34,817 nt of DNA from the NCBI GenBank assembly GCA_002256025.1, contig NKIB01009877.1, positions 62,001-96,817 of the forward strand. Direction: 5' to 3'. Origin of the DNA: Asterionella formosa (lineage: Eukaryota). The position numbers and the translations under genes are program-made. Below, one piece after another: positions 1 through 10,591 of this stretch (the stretch's first letter is position 1; the number at the start of each line of letters is the position of its first letter). The notes beneath the pieces are model-generated. The model did not search any database. It was not told the DNA's origin and was given only the letters and a program-made list of their open reading frames with translations.

Positions 1-846
1 ATTATTTCGGTCTTCGATTGTGTGATGAAAGTCAATGTTGCCTGTGTAAGTACTACAATGCATGTGTCTCCACTGAAACTCCTATTTTTTGCTTCATTGC
101 TTTGTCAAGAATATTAGCCCAAGTCACAAGGATTGTGGACTCGATTGTAATTGAACAAGTCGAATATTGCATTGCCACATCAATCAGCTGTCTAACAAGA
201 TCAAAGATTGAAGATTTCTATGGAAATGTTAAGTGGAAACTTGAAGAGAGTTTTAGAATGACTTTGTGGGAAGCAAAGATGCATGGAAAGGAAACATTTA
301 GTTTAGCTTATAATTTAATTTGAGTTTAGCTTATCAACCAAGGAAACAGTGTGTTAATTTACAGGAAGAGTAAATGGTACTAGATTAAGTACAACTACGA
401 GCACATTAGAGTCTACGTGAAGAGAGACCCAGCCTGCAGAAAGGAGTACGGACCATTTCAACATTGCTTATGATTGGCGGGCTTGCTTTAGCAAAGCAAG
501 GGCCAGCAAGAATACCCTTACCAGGGTACCAGGTACGCACCTGGTTACTAGCTGATGGTCGGCAGATACTTTACTATTCTGACGTGGTGCAAAGCCTTAT
601 CCTTGAGTATCAATCAGATCAGCATTCCACGTTTGAAATCGTGCTTGCTCTGCTGACGCCTTCGCAAAGAAAAGATTGTACATACCGGTAGCGTCCCCAT
701 TCAAATTTGGATGTGCCGGTACTTTAATAGGAGATCTACTGCAATTCTTGGATCGTCTGTCCGCTGCCACTGGGTGAAGAATCAATGAGCGCCATCGGCT
801 TTTGCTGACGTCAACCATACATAGAAGCTCCTCCTTCAAGCAACTA

Positions 847-884
847 CTGGTACCTGGTACCAGGTACTAGGTACATACCGGTAC
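847..884. repeat. (GGTACC-W)n palindromic array upstream of ilvB; related clusters at 519-536 and 1024-1047
   Basis: Contains the perfect 18-bp palindrome gtacctggtaccaggtac at 850-867. Confidence 0.85.
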
Positions 885-1249
885 TTACGCACAGTCATCA
901 CCCAACAGCATGCTGCTCACGCTCCCGACTAATATTTTACACGGTTCGAATTGAGCGAATTTCGTCTTTGCTTGCTTGCTTCTCCACATACCGGTACATA
1001 CATATAATTGTAAAAGCTAATCCCCAGGTACCAGGTACCAGCGGTACATACTACATGGCAATGCATCGATTTGGTCTGCATGAAGCCAGTATGATTTACG
1101 TAGTTATTACGGTACCACTTGCTTTCTCACCTGATGTGACTACTTTCTTCAACCCGTTCCTTTTTTGCGAGTGCAGTGCGAAAGGAGTCCAAAGCGAACC
1201 AGAAGCTTAGGACGTGAGAACACGGCCCATACCTTGAACCAACTATAGA

Positions 1250-3670
1250 ATGAAACTCGCCACCGCCGCCCTCCTCCTCCTGTCGGCATCGTCGGCGTCA
1301 GCGTTTGCGCCTTCCACAAAGGCATTTGGGACATCGCGAGCTGATACTCTTGCCACACACTCTTCTCGTCGACCTCATGGTTACTTCAGCTGGGCCCTTC
1401 CGAGCACTACTGTGAAGAAGGGAGACATTGATTTATCCGAACTCATTGGTTCCATTGACACAAGCGGACAGGAGGACGTTAAGGGATGCCATGTCATCGC
1501 GAAAACTACAGACCAGGCGAGAGCTGCCGTTCTCGCGTACATGAAGCAGTACGAAGGCCAATCTGGAGCGGCCGCGGTCTATTCGAAGCTGCAGGAGAAT
1601 GGAGTAAAGGTTGTGAATGGATACTCCGGGGGTGCTGTGTTGCCTCTCCTGGACCAGTTCCACGAAGAAAACCCGCGTCACCTACTTCCCGGGGCCAGCA
1701 AACATATTCGTTGGATCACCAACTCGAACGAGCAAAATGCCGGTCATGTCACTGAAGGTTTTGGCAAAGCTTGTCCTATCAATGGTGAACATCTTCCTGT
1801 GGGAGTTTGTGTAGCCACCTCCGGACCCGGTGTCACCAATCTCATTACTCCCTTGCAGGATGCCATGTGTGACGGCGTCCCTATGGTCGTCCTGTGTGGG
1901 CAAGCAGCTACCACCGCTCCCGAGGATGCTTTTCAATCAGCTCCTGCTGTCGCCATGACTAGTCCTTGCACTAAGTGGAGTTATCAGATCAAGTCTGCTG
2001 CAGAGGTACCTTTTGTGCTTGACTACGCCTTCTACGTAGCACGCAATGGCCGCCCTGGTCCCGTCTTTGTGGATCTTCCCAAGGATTTACAGAATCAAGT
2101 GATTGACAAGGATCTCATTGAGCAGTTCGTTCACAAAACTTTTGCGGACAAGTCCACTGACGACTTTGCTCGTCTTTCTGAACGAAGACTCGAGGATGGT
2201 TCAACATTTCAGGCCCTTCATTTTGGGGACCTCAACAAAGGCCTTGCTTTTACTATCGCGAAGAACTTGAAGCCGGACATGTTAACTCTTGAACACGTCA
2301 AGAATTACGGACAAAACGATATGTATGATGCGGATCACAATCCCAGAAATCGTATCTATCATCACGAGATCAACATTGGAGAAGACAAGTTGATCACGAG
2401 GGAGGGAGAAATGAAAATCGGCTCATCCATGTTGTTGGAAGTTGTGAACTTGATCCGAAAGGCAAAAAAACCTATTATCATTGCGGGTCAGGGGTGCAAT
2501 GATTGTCCTGAAGAACTGAAAAAGATGGCTGAAACTCTTCAGATTCCTGTCACCACCACTCTTCATGCCCTCGGTGTGTTCGACGAGAGACACAAATTGG
2601 CCTTGAACATGATGGGTATGCACGGACATCCTACTCCCAATTTTTTGGTGCAAGATTCAGACCTCATTATCTGCATTGGATCGCGTTTTGATGATCGTAT
2701 CACCGGAAAATTGAGCGATTTTATCCCAGAAGCTAGACGAGCCGCCGAGGAGAGCAGGGGTGGAGTCATTCATGTTGACATTCGACTTTCTGAACAAGCC
2801 AAGCAGGTTGAGCCCACCTACTTTATACATTCCACAGCAAAGAGCTTTATCCAAGCCTTTAACACTGCTATTGAGTCATATGACACATCACGATCCAGAA
2901 CCGGAGATTGGATCAAGAAGATGAATACATTAAAGAAAAAGTATCCTATTGGTATTCCCAAGTTCCCAACTCGCGAAATCCCTGTAACTGATGATAACGG
3001 CGAGACTAAAATTTTGAAGAAAACACCCATGTCTGCTCAGCATGTCGTTCAAGAGATGAATTTGCAGCTCCTGAAGGCAGGTCAGATTGACAACTGCATC
3101 TTCACCACTGGCGTTGGCATTCACCAGATGGTGGCTGCTCAGCTCATCACCTGGACTCAACCGCGTCAAATGTTGAGCAGTGGATCTTTGGGAACAATGG
3201 GCGTTTCCTTGGGCTTTTGCATTGGTGCAAAGCTCGCTCAAGAAGGAAAAATGTGTATCTCTGTGGATGGCGATGGGAGTTTCAACATGACTTTCACGGA
3301 ACTGAAAACTTTGATGGAGCAAAAAATCCCCATTAAGATTTTGCTCTTGGACAATGAATCACAGATGATGGTAGAATACTGGCAACGCCTGTTCCACGAA
3401 AAACGATACCTGGCCGTGAGGAATGTTAACCCGAATTACACCGTCCTTGCGTCTGCGTTTGGTATTAAGAATATTTATGTTGACTGCGAGGAAGAATTGG
3501 AGGCAAAAATGAAAGATTTTTTGTTCGCGGATCCAGAAGAGCCGGTCCTCTTTCATGTCAAAATCGAAAGAACGCCGTGTCTCCCCCTTGTGGCCCCAGG
3601 ACAACGTTTGGAGAACATGATCTTGGAAGACGAAGACTTTGAGGTCGACCCTGCAGCTGCTCCTAGTTAG
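1250..3670 (+). CDS. ilvB: Acetolactate synthase (AHAS) catalytic subunit, nuclear-encoded, plastid-targeted; intronless, 806 aa
   Basis: Motifs GYSGGAVL, NEQ (catalytic Glu), ATSGPGVTN, GRPGPVFVDLPKD, GSRFDDR, TTGVGIHQM, SGSLGTMG and the ThDP-binding GDGSFNMT..LLDN. The N-terminus MKLATAALLLLSASSASA-FAP is a signal peptide plus the diatom ASAFAP cleavage motif. Confidence 0.96.
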   Translation: MKLATAALLLLSASSASAFAPSTKAFGTSRADTLATHSSRRPHGYFSWALPSTTVKKGDIDLSELIGSIDTSGQEDVKGCHVIAKTTDQARAAVLAYMKQYEGQSGAAAVYSKLQENGVKVVNGYSGGAVLPLLDQFHEENPRHLLPGASKHIRWITNSNEQNAGHVTEGFGKACPINGEHLPVGVCVATSGPGVTNLITPLQDAMCDGVPMVVLCGQAATTAPEDAFQSAPAVAMTSPCTKWSYQIKSAAEVPFVLDYAFYVARNGRPGPVFVDLPKDLQNQVIDKDLIEQFVHKTFADKSTDDFARLSERRLEDGSTFQALHFGDLNKGLAFTIAKNLKPDMLTLEHVKNYGQNDMYDADHNPRNRIYHHEINIGEDKLITREGEMKIGSSMLLEVVNLIRKAKKPIIIAGQGCNDCPEELKKMAETLQIPVTTTLHALGVFDERHKLALNMMGMHGHPTPNFLVQDSDLIICIGSRFDDRITGKLSDFIPEARRAAEESRGGVIHVDIRLSEQAKQVEPTYFIHSTAKSFIQAFNTAIESYDTSRSRTGDWIKKMNTLKKKYPIGIPKFPTREIPVTDDNGETKILKKTPMSAQHVVQEMNLQLLKAGQIDNCIFTTGVGIHQMVAAQLITWTQPRQMLSSGSLGTMGVSLGFCIGAKLAQEGKMCISVDGDGSFNMTFTELKTLMEQKIPIKILLLDNESQMMVEYWQRLFHEKRYLAVRNVNPNYTVLASAFGIKNIYVDCEEELEAKMKDFLFADPEEPVLFHVKIERTPCLPLVAPGQRLENMILEDEDFEVDPAAAPS

Positions 3671-3886
3671 AGCGCTTCTTAGGATTTGAACATGACATTT
3701 ATTCGTCCGAGACGAAAGGAGTTCAAAATATATTTAAAAGCAGTTTTTCCTGGCACGATTCAGCTGTCAGCCGGCGAGATTCTACGTATGCTAAATTAGT
3801 TTCTATTCAAGTACAAGTCAGCCAAACTCTAGGTCGGCCTTCGGACTAGAATGGTCTCAAGTGATCGACACATAGTTCGTCCGCTC

Positions 3887-5250
3887 TCATTTTCGGAGAA
3901 TTGCGATCTCATCGCGTAGCTTCTCGTTTTCAGCCATAATTTGTGCCATTGCGTGCATCTGGGTTGACAGAATGTGAGCGAACTCATCTGACTGTATCTG
4001 AAACTGGCGGAGCATTTCTACGTGGAGGTTTCGGACTGAGGACTCCATTTCGTCGCGAAGCTGGTCCAACGCGTTGTTTACAACTTCTTCCGTAGTAGTC
4101 CTGTTAAATGCGGCATTTTCCTCGCCTCTCTGTGGTTCCACTGGAATATGGCGTATTTTTGGGGTTGCAATTTTACTTTGTTCCTCACCGAGGCCAAGGA
4201 TGATATTTGATTCCACAACAGGTGCACCATTTGACGATGGCTTCGAAACATAACCTCTTGGTGCAAACTCCAATGTCTTTATAGGTGCACCGAAATCTTT
4301 GAACGCTATAACTTGATCTGGTGTTCGTAAATCGTAAATGAGCACTCTTCCTGGTTCGATCCCAAGAGCAAAATGGATGCCGTCTGCAACGAAGCTTAAC
4401 GATGTTATTTCCTCCTTGACGTTGATAGCCTGAATTGTTTGACCTGTGGCTATATCTAAGAAAATGAGCTGTCCGTCTTGAGTCGATGCTGCAAGCAGGT
4501 TTGGGTTGGCAGGAGAAAAGACGAGGTCGGTAATCCTCGACGTTTTGGAGGTGCTTGGTGTATGCATGGATTCTGGGTGTTTCCAATCAACAATGGATAT
4601 GCTTCCGTCGAATCGTCCTAGGGCAATCATATCCTTTGAAATTGCAAAGCAAGTAAATTTTCCCCCATAAATTTCGTGGCGAAGGGTTGACTGCTTTAGA
4701 TCAAAGATTCGAAGCGCTGATTGCGACAAGGAGATCACTTCCGCATCAGTCATGGCAACTTGAATGGTAGGTTCATCATGGAAGAAATGTCGAACTCGCG
4801 CTTTCTTTTTGAGATCCCAAAGGCACACTGCACCCGAATCGTCTCCACTCAGGACATATCGAGATTTCCCCCCGAATGCCACGGTTGTCGGAATCGGCGG
4901 TTGAGTGGGCAACGTCGGGCGACGAAGGTGTAGGTCGTGGGAAAACTGTTCAGTTGAGCTGTCCGACGAAATCGACGTTAGGGAGACAGTCGGTTCATTT
5001 TCGGAATCTCGGGATGCGCAGGATGCAATAACTAGAAACAGAAGCAGAACATTAATCGTGCAAGTGCTGATTAGCGAGTCTATGTCAGTTCAGGGTTGCT
5101 TTCCTTGTGGCATTGCTCACCTTGACCGTTGTGATTCCAAGCAAGGCTCGTAATCGGAGTGCTTCCGTGCGGCTCAAAGCGAGTCGTTTCTGATGTTTGA
5201 TAGTCCCAAATGTGCATAGATGCCCCGCTGGCGATGGCAAGAAGCGCCAT
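3887..5250 (-). CDS. NEDD1: NEDD1/GCP-WD-like WD40 protein (gamma-tubulin ring complex adaptor); exons 5250-5121 and 5031-3887, about 424 aa
   Basis: ATG at 5250 reads MALLAIASGASMHIWD..SLAWNHNGQ. An 89-nt GTGAG..CTAG intron (5120-5032) joins it in frame to the 3887..4912 ORF. WD repeats (SGDDSGAVCLWDLK, GRVLIYDLR) are followed by the C-terminal helix LRDEMESSVRNLHVEMLRQFQIQ..ENEKLR typical of NEDD1. Confidence 0.85.
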
Positions 5251-5495
5251 GGATCACAAGCAAGGTGCCGCTGTCAACTGGTGCCTTGTTATCGTCGTCC
5301 GAACCGCAGTCATGTTGTTCCTGTTTATCTAAGTGCTATGAGGGGACGTTAGTACGTAGAATATGAATAATATATCGGAGTACTGTACTTTTGTGAATGC
5401 TCGAGTGCCAGTATCAGGAAGCAGAGGAGCGTACAACCATCTGTAGTTGCCCGGCCTACCAGTCCTGGTGGCAGCTTTCAGTTGTCGGTATATAC

Positions 5496-5652
5496 TACCG
5501 GTACCTGGTACTGGTAGCTGGTACGGTTGTCCACAGTATTTTTCACAATGCTTCCTGTTCTCCCGATACCAGGTACCGGTATATCATATCATCATGATAC
5601 ATCATTTATTATCAGCATGATGAAGATGATTTCGGTACTGGTACCTGGTACC
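5496..5652. repeat. (GGTACC-W)n clusters in the divergent NEDD1/PTPA intergenic region
   Basis: taccggtacctggtactggtagctggtac at about 5496-5524, taccaggtaccggta at about 5567-5581 and ggtactggtacctggtacc at 5634-5652. Confidence 0.8.
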
Positions 5653-5884
5653 TCTACTCCAACAGCAGGCACATAAGATAGCAGCATAAAATAATAAGAC
5701 AACGCCATACGAGAATTTATCCAATGAGAACACTGCCATCAGCAAGCTGCGCTGTACCTGAGTGGCGATATCATGGTGGCATAATTGAGGAGGCGATAGC
5801 TTCGCATCATCCTCAACAACCGCAAGTTGATTATTAGAATACTTCCTCCAAGCTCGCTCGGCCACTGTCGCCATCCTTTTAATC

Positions 5885-7030
5885 ATGACGAAAGAAACAG
5901 CCACGAAAGCAGCAGCTCCCAAACGATTCATCTTTGACGACAATGACATGGAGGCGTTTAAGAACTCCCCTACAAAGGTGGAGCTCTTGCGCCTTGTGCA
6001 AGCTATGGGCAAGTCGTGCGCATCTTCGTCCTGGCAATACGACCCTTCCATTCCTCTAAGAGGGCTGAGTCCAGCGATGGCTAGTTTGCATGGATCCTTG
6101 AAGCAAATGGAGCTGTGGCTGGTGGAGCTACCACCGGACACTTTCACGCAAGCTAGATTTGGGAATTTGGTCTTTAGAAAGTGGCATGAGAGGTTAATGG
6201 CACGATCCAAGTCGATTGTGCAAACAATTATAGATTGTAATGAGGAATACGGTGCTGCCGAAGCTTACGATATGGAAGTCTTGGAAGGGTGCGCGAAACG
6301 GGGATTTGATGCGGCTCAGCTAGAGGTTCTCACTGTCAAGCACGAAGATATTGTTATTGAGCTAAAGGCCTACCTTCAGGATGCCTTTGGTCATCCAGTT
6401 AGGCTGGACTATGGAACTGGCCACGAATCTTCCATATTGGTCTTTTTGTTTGCTCTTTGCAAACTTGGCTGCTTTGGTAATGTCAAGCCTGACCCACCTA
6501 GCATGGATCGACTCAAGGCGATCACGTTGAGTATCTTTTCACAGTACCTCGCCGTCACTCGAGGACTTCAGACAGACTACATGCTGGAGCCCGCCGGATC
6601 TCATGGTGTATGGGGACTTGATGATTACCACTGCTTGCCATTTTACTTCGGGGCTTGTCAGCTATCACAGTTGGACGACTTTACGCCAAATTCAATTCAC
6701 GATCCAGCCGTGCTCGACCAATATGGAGAAATATACATGTACTTTGGTTGCATTCGATATATTAGATCTCTCAAAAAGGGGGTTCCTTTCTTCGAGTCAT
6801 CGCCTATGCTTAATGACATTAGTGCCCTTCTAACCTGGACCAAGGTTAGCTCAGGATTGCTGAAGCTGTACGAAGGTGAAGTTTTGGACAAGCGTCAAGT
6901 TGTGCAGCATTTTGTCTTTGGCACATTGTTCCATGCTACGTGGACGCCTTCTCAAGATGCCCCTCTTGAGGCGCCAACAGAGAACTTTAGGGGTGTGCCG
7001 CCAATGGTGAGGGCTCCTTGGGCGACATAG
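5885..7030 (+). CDS. PTPA: PP2A phosphatase activator (PTPA/Rrd family), 381 aa
   Basis: Family motifs RFGNLVFRKW, FGHPVRLDYGTGHE, YMLEPAGSHGVWGLDDY, ESSPMLNDIS and YEGEVLDKRQVVQHF. Confidence 0.95.
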   Translation: MTKETATKAAAPKRFIFDDNDMEAFKNSPTKVELLRLVQAMGKSCASSSWQYDPSIPLRGLSPAMASLHGSLKQMELWLVELPPDTFTQARFGNLVFRKWHERLMARSKSIVQTIIDCNEEYGAAEAYDMEVLEGCAKRGFDAAQLEVLTVKHEDIVIELKAYLQDAFGHPVRLDYGTGHESSILVFLFALCKLGCFGNVKPDPPSMDRLKAITLSIFSQYLAVTRGLQTDYMLEPAGSHGVWGLDDYHCLPFYFGACQLSQLDDFTPNSIHDPAVLDQYGEIYMYFGCIRYIRSLKKGVPFFESSPMLNDISALLTWTKVSSGLLKLYEGEVLDKRQVVQHFVFGTLFHATWTPSQDAPLEAPTENFRGVPPMVRAPWAT

Positions 7031-7368
7031 GCCACACCTTTGTGTTGAAACGAAACATAAAAGCAACACAATAAGACTCGTCATGAATGGAGGAAAGGTT
7101 GTTGTTTCCTCTCCATCCTGCTGTAACCTTTTATCACAATTATTGTTACAATACTGATGATTTATTAGGGTTTTGGTGGAGCTGGTTCGTCCCACTCATC
7201 GTTATAATCTGTAAATAAAGTTAGGGTACGTAGGACAGAGTCGAGAATATCGTAGAATACTGGTAGAAAAATGACCAATACATTTTTGTCGTAGTCGGGG
7301 TACCCACCAGAAGAAAAATAAATTGTTTGGTCGACACCGACACATGATGACAGCACCCTGTCTAGTGT

Positions 7369-7386
7369 GGTACCAGGTACCAGGTA
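7369..7386. repeat. (GGTACC-W)n cluster just upstream of the C78 peptidase gene
   Basis: ggtaccaggtaccaggta. Confidence 0.8.
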
Positions 7387-7411
7387 ACTTACCGGCACTG
7401 TTGGCACGACG

Positions 7412-8509
7412 ATGACATCAAAACGACAAGTTATTGATCTGATCGAATCTGACGGAGACGGCAATAGATCTGCAAGTCAGGCAACTGGGAAGCGGAGTAG
7501 AGAAACCGATGAATCGAATGGAGTTGGAAGGGCTTGTTGTAGGAAATCAGAATGCAAGGATAAAGAATCGCTTGCACTCCCAGTGCCCTTCATGGTAGAT
7601 TCCGAGAACATCACTGTCACCGAAGACTTGCTACCACTATTGAATGTTTTGGAGCTAGCGAGCACTCGAACATGTTCAAGATCTCAGGAAAAATCAAGCG
7701 AACGAGTGAATTTGTCGTTCCTACACATTCAGCAAAACGATAAATGGTCATGTGGATACAGAAATTTACAGATGATGCTCAGTTCACTCCTCCCTCGTTT
7801 CCAGATGGACCATCCCTATTTCGATGGACTTCCCGAATCACTTCGTCCTTCCAAAGAGTCACGGCCAATACCCTCTTTGAAGGATATTCAAGGCTTTCTG
7901 GAACATGCCTGGCAGTTGGGGTTCGATCCTCGGGGGCAAGAGTTCTACTCTGGGACTATCATTGGAAAGGTTGAATGGGTCGGAGCCGTAGAAGTATGGA
8001 GCATCCTTGCGTCGAGGAATATTGACGCGGTAGTGGTACAGTTCATGAAGTCTCAGGAGTCAAGGTTAAAGCTTGGGAAGTTTGTCTGGGACTATTTTTC
8101 AAAAGCTGTAGGTGGTGGTTGTGCAGGTTCTAAAGAAAGCTGTCGAAACTATGCTCGGAGACTGTTGAATTCGCGTATACTAACTGAACACTTTGATCAG
8201 TCCTGCACGTGTCCTGTTCCTCCTCTCTACCTTCAGTGGAAAGGCCATTCAGTGACTATTATTGGAGTTCGTGAGTTACTTGATAGCAGCTATGATCTAA
8301 TTTTATTTGATCCGGCGAAAGCTGGCGGGGTCATGAAGGAAGGCCTATGTGTATTGCTAGATAAAAAGAGCGCTTCCTTTCCAACCTGCCTGACGAAGAA
8401 CTCAAAAACTCTGCTTGAAAAGGACGTGCAAATTTTGATGACTTCATTTTGTGGTGCTGTCGATTGCTCGGACTTGCGGAATAAGTTGAATGTAATAACA
8501 GCTGTATGA
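7412..8509 (+). CDS. Peptidase C78 family (ZUFSP/ZUP1/Mug105-like deubiquitinase), 365 aa
   Basis: QQNDKWSCGYRNLQMMLS (catalytic Cys), IQGFLEHAWQLGFDPRG, WVGAVE, PLYLQWKGHSVTIIG (Gln/His) and LILFDP (Asp). Confidence 0.88.
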   Translation: MTSKRQVIDLIESDGDGNRSASQATGKRSRETDESNGVGRACCRKSECKDKESLALPVPFMVDSENITVTEDLLPLLNVLELASTRTCSRSQEKSSERVNLSFLHIQQNDKWSCGYRNLQMMLSSLLPRFQMDHPYFDGLPESLRPSKESRPIPSLKDIQGFLEHAWQLGFDPRGQEFYSGTIIGKVEWVGAVEVWSILASRNIDAVVVQFMKSQESRLKLGKFVWDYFSKAVGGGCAGSKESCRNYARRLLNSRILTEHFDQSCTCPVPPLYLQWKGHSVTIIGVRELLDSSYDLILFDPAKAGGVMKEGLCVLLDKKSASFPTCLTKNSKTLLEKDVQILMTSFCGAVDCSDLRNKLNVITAV

Positions 8510-8815
8510 CATTTAAATTATTTAGTATGGCATCTATGTTTATCAATCTACTCAGTCTTCCATTGGGAAAAGGAGGGCATTTTGTTTCGATGATTGCATT
8601 TTAACTTTCATTACAATTAAGAAACATTCCGTATTTTGAAGGTGCATACCGGTGTAGCTATTATTCAATTTAGGGGTAAACCGACTGAATTTAACTTTTC
8701 GAGTAGCTCGGACATCAACGAATTCCCGCACACAAAGACTTATTTTCACCTTTGCTCGTCATTGTTGATGATGATGGAAGCAAATGTGATAGTATAAAGG
8801 CAACTCTGAAGGATC

Positions 8816-10591
8816 TCAGTAACGCTTTTCATCGACGTTGTTGCCAGATTCTGCAAGACATTCTCGCCGCTGCATATCGGCTGAATTCATCTTTCGCAGC
8901 TCGAATATTAAGGAATCTTTGAGACGCATTTTCGTTTGCATTCGGTTTATTGCCTGTTCCTTTTCTTCGACCGCAACGTTCACCATATGGTTCATGTCGC
9001 TCTTGATGTGGAGCTTCTCCTGCTTCAACTGAGCATTATCTGTGATCAGGGACCTGACCTTGGCCTCATAGAAGGTCATTACTTGGCCGAGGCGCTCACG
9101 CAACTCATTGGTTTCCTCGATCGACGCCTCTAATTGGTCGTGAAGGTTGTCTGTCTCTGCTTGTCGATCGCTTCCTCCTTCTTGCAGCTGTCCTAGTTGC
9201 TTCCGAGACAAGGTTACTGGAGAAGCTACCTCGTCCATCTTGACGAACGAAGGGCCATTATCGACGAAGTCGCGATTTCGTTGCCTGAACCACCTGATTC
9301 TGGAATCCATAGCTCCGCGCCGTGGACCCGGAAAACTGATATCACTCATGCCCGCAGTGTCCCCTGAATCGCCAGATTGCAACACCTGGTCATTAACTCG
9401 TTTCTTATTTGGCAAAAGAGGTCTTTTGACGTTGTGGTGAAATCGGATATTGAGGCGCGACGAGATATTCGATTGTGTTGGCAACCGCAATGCCGGCAGA
9501 GTTAGTTCAGAACCATTCTGTCGCTCCGTTGCCTCGTCGTCCTTGACCGGATTGTCCATTTCAGTTTTGTTTTCCGTTGGAAAACCCGTGAGCTTTGTGG
9601 CAGTCTTCAATTGTTCCTTTGCCACGGTAGCGTCTGCTTCGAACAAGTCACGCTCCATTTCAGTTTTGTTTTCTGTTGGAAAATCCGTCAGCGTTGTGGC
9701 AACCTTCAATTGTTCCTTCGCCACGGTAGCGTTTGCTTCGAACAAGTCACGCTCCATTTCAGTTTTGTTTTCCGTTGGAAAATCCGTGAGCGTTGTGGCA
9801 TCCTTCAATTGTTCCTTCGCCACTGTAGCGTCTGCTTCGAACAAGTCACGCTCCATTTTAAGGGATCCAATATGCAAATCCTTTTCTCGAAGCTGGGCTT
9901 TGAGATCTTTAATCAAGACATCCTTGGCTTCCAAAGCCTTGGACGATGCTTTTAGATCCATCTTGGCCGATAAAAGCTCATCCAGAGCAATGACAGAGTC
10001 GATTTCTGAGGCTTGCTCTTGGATGGAACTAATAGAATTCCTGAGCTCCTGAGTCATATTCTCCATCCAAGTTGAACCACCAAGCTCTTGGAGTATCGAG
10101 TTTTGCTCATCTGTGCGCTCAACGGTCGGACCAAAGCTGACCGCACGCTTTCGAAAGAGGGATGATTCCCCCACTTCGAGAGTATCTGTTGGTAGCGTAT
10201 TCTGAGCCCTTTGCCCCCTAAGGTTAGTTATTCGCTCCTTTTGATCTCGCACCTTCTGGCGTAGTCTGGCAACCGTCTCACGTTGCTTAATGCACAAGTT
10301 GCGTAAGGCTAAAATGGCCTTTAAACGATTTTCAAGTTCGTTATGCACGCTGTCGCTGCAATTCATCATTCGAGGAGAGACGTATTGCGACGATTCATCA
10401 AATGCATCGGAGGTTTTATGCGAATCATCACAGGTAACCGCGAGAGGCGATCGGCCAACTGGAGATGTCGCAGCGCTTTCTAACTGAATCGTCGCATTGG
10501 TTTTTTCGTGTTCGCCCATCGCCACAGTGTTTGTGGTGACCTTTCGGAATGTTGGGCATCGCAACCATTCTTTGGCTCTGAACTTTGGCAT
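8816..10591 (-). CDS. Hypothetical coiled-coil protein with three 33-aa repeats, about 591 aa
   Basis: Long uninterrupted ORF with heptad-like E/K/Q/L-rich segments. First ATG at 10591; the true start is uncertain. No family recognised. Confidence 0.72.
   Translation of the reverse strand: MPKFRAKEWLRCPTFRKVTTNTVAMGEHEKTNATIQLESAATSPVGRSPLAVTCDDSHKTSDAFDESSQYVSPRMMNCSDSVHNELENRLKAILALRNLCIKQRETVARLRQKVRDQKERITNLRGQRAQNTLPTDTLEVGESSLFRKRAVSFGPTVERTDEQNSILQELGGSTWMENMTQELRNSISSIQEQASEIDSVIALDELLSAKMDLKASSKALEAKDVLIKDLKAQLREKDLHIGSLKMERDLFEADATVAKEQLKDATTLTDFPTENKTEMERDLFEANATVAKEQLKVATTLTDFPTENKTEMERDLFEADATVAKEQLKTATKLTGFPTENKTEMDNPVKDDEATERQNGSELTLPALRLPTQSNISSRLNIRFHHNVKRPLLPNKKRVNDQVLQSGDSGDTAGMSDISFPGPRRGAMDSRIRWFRQRNRDFVDNGPSFVKMDEVASPVTLSRKQLGQLQEGGSDRQAETDNLHDQLEASIEETNELRERLGQVMTFYEAKVRSLITDNAQLKQEKLHIKSDMNHMVNVAVEEKEQAINRMQTKMRLKDSLIFELRKMNSADMQRRECLAESGNNVDEKRY
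9560..9856 (-). repeat. Three near-identical in-frame 99-bp tandem repeats
   Basis: cgctccattt recurs at 9651, 9750 and 9849. The unit encodes MERDLFEA(D/N)ATVAKEQLKxATxLTxFPTENKTE. Confidence 0.95.

Noticed and set aside
18..839. Short ORFs at the window start, and similar ORFs at 15911-16195, 22784-23018, 29474-29731 and 30635-30931
   Set aside because: Mostly non-ATG starts, no recognisable motifs, and mostly in AT-rich decayed DNA; not supportable as genes.
847..884. GTAC cores as SBP/CRR1 copper-response elements, KpnI cloning scars or telomeric repeats
   Set aside because: SBP factors belong to the green lineage and the genes are not copper-related. The arrays are degenerate and dispersed, unlike linkers. 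The unit does not match TTAGGG-type repeats and switches orientation.
9450..10052. 200-aa antisense ORF and similar ORFs overlapping real genes (for example 5602-6210 and 18652-19143)
   Set aside because: Shadow frames of the coding strand with no independent motifs.
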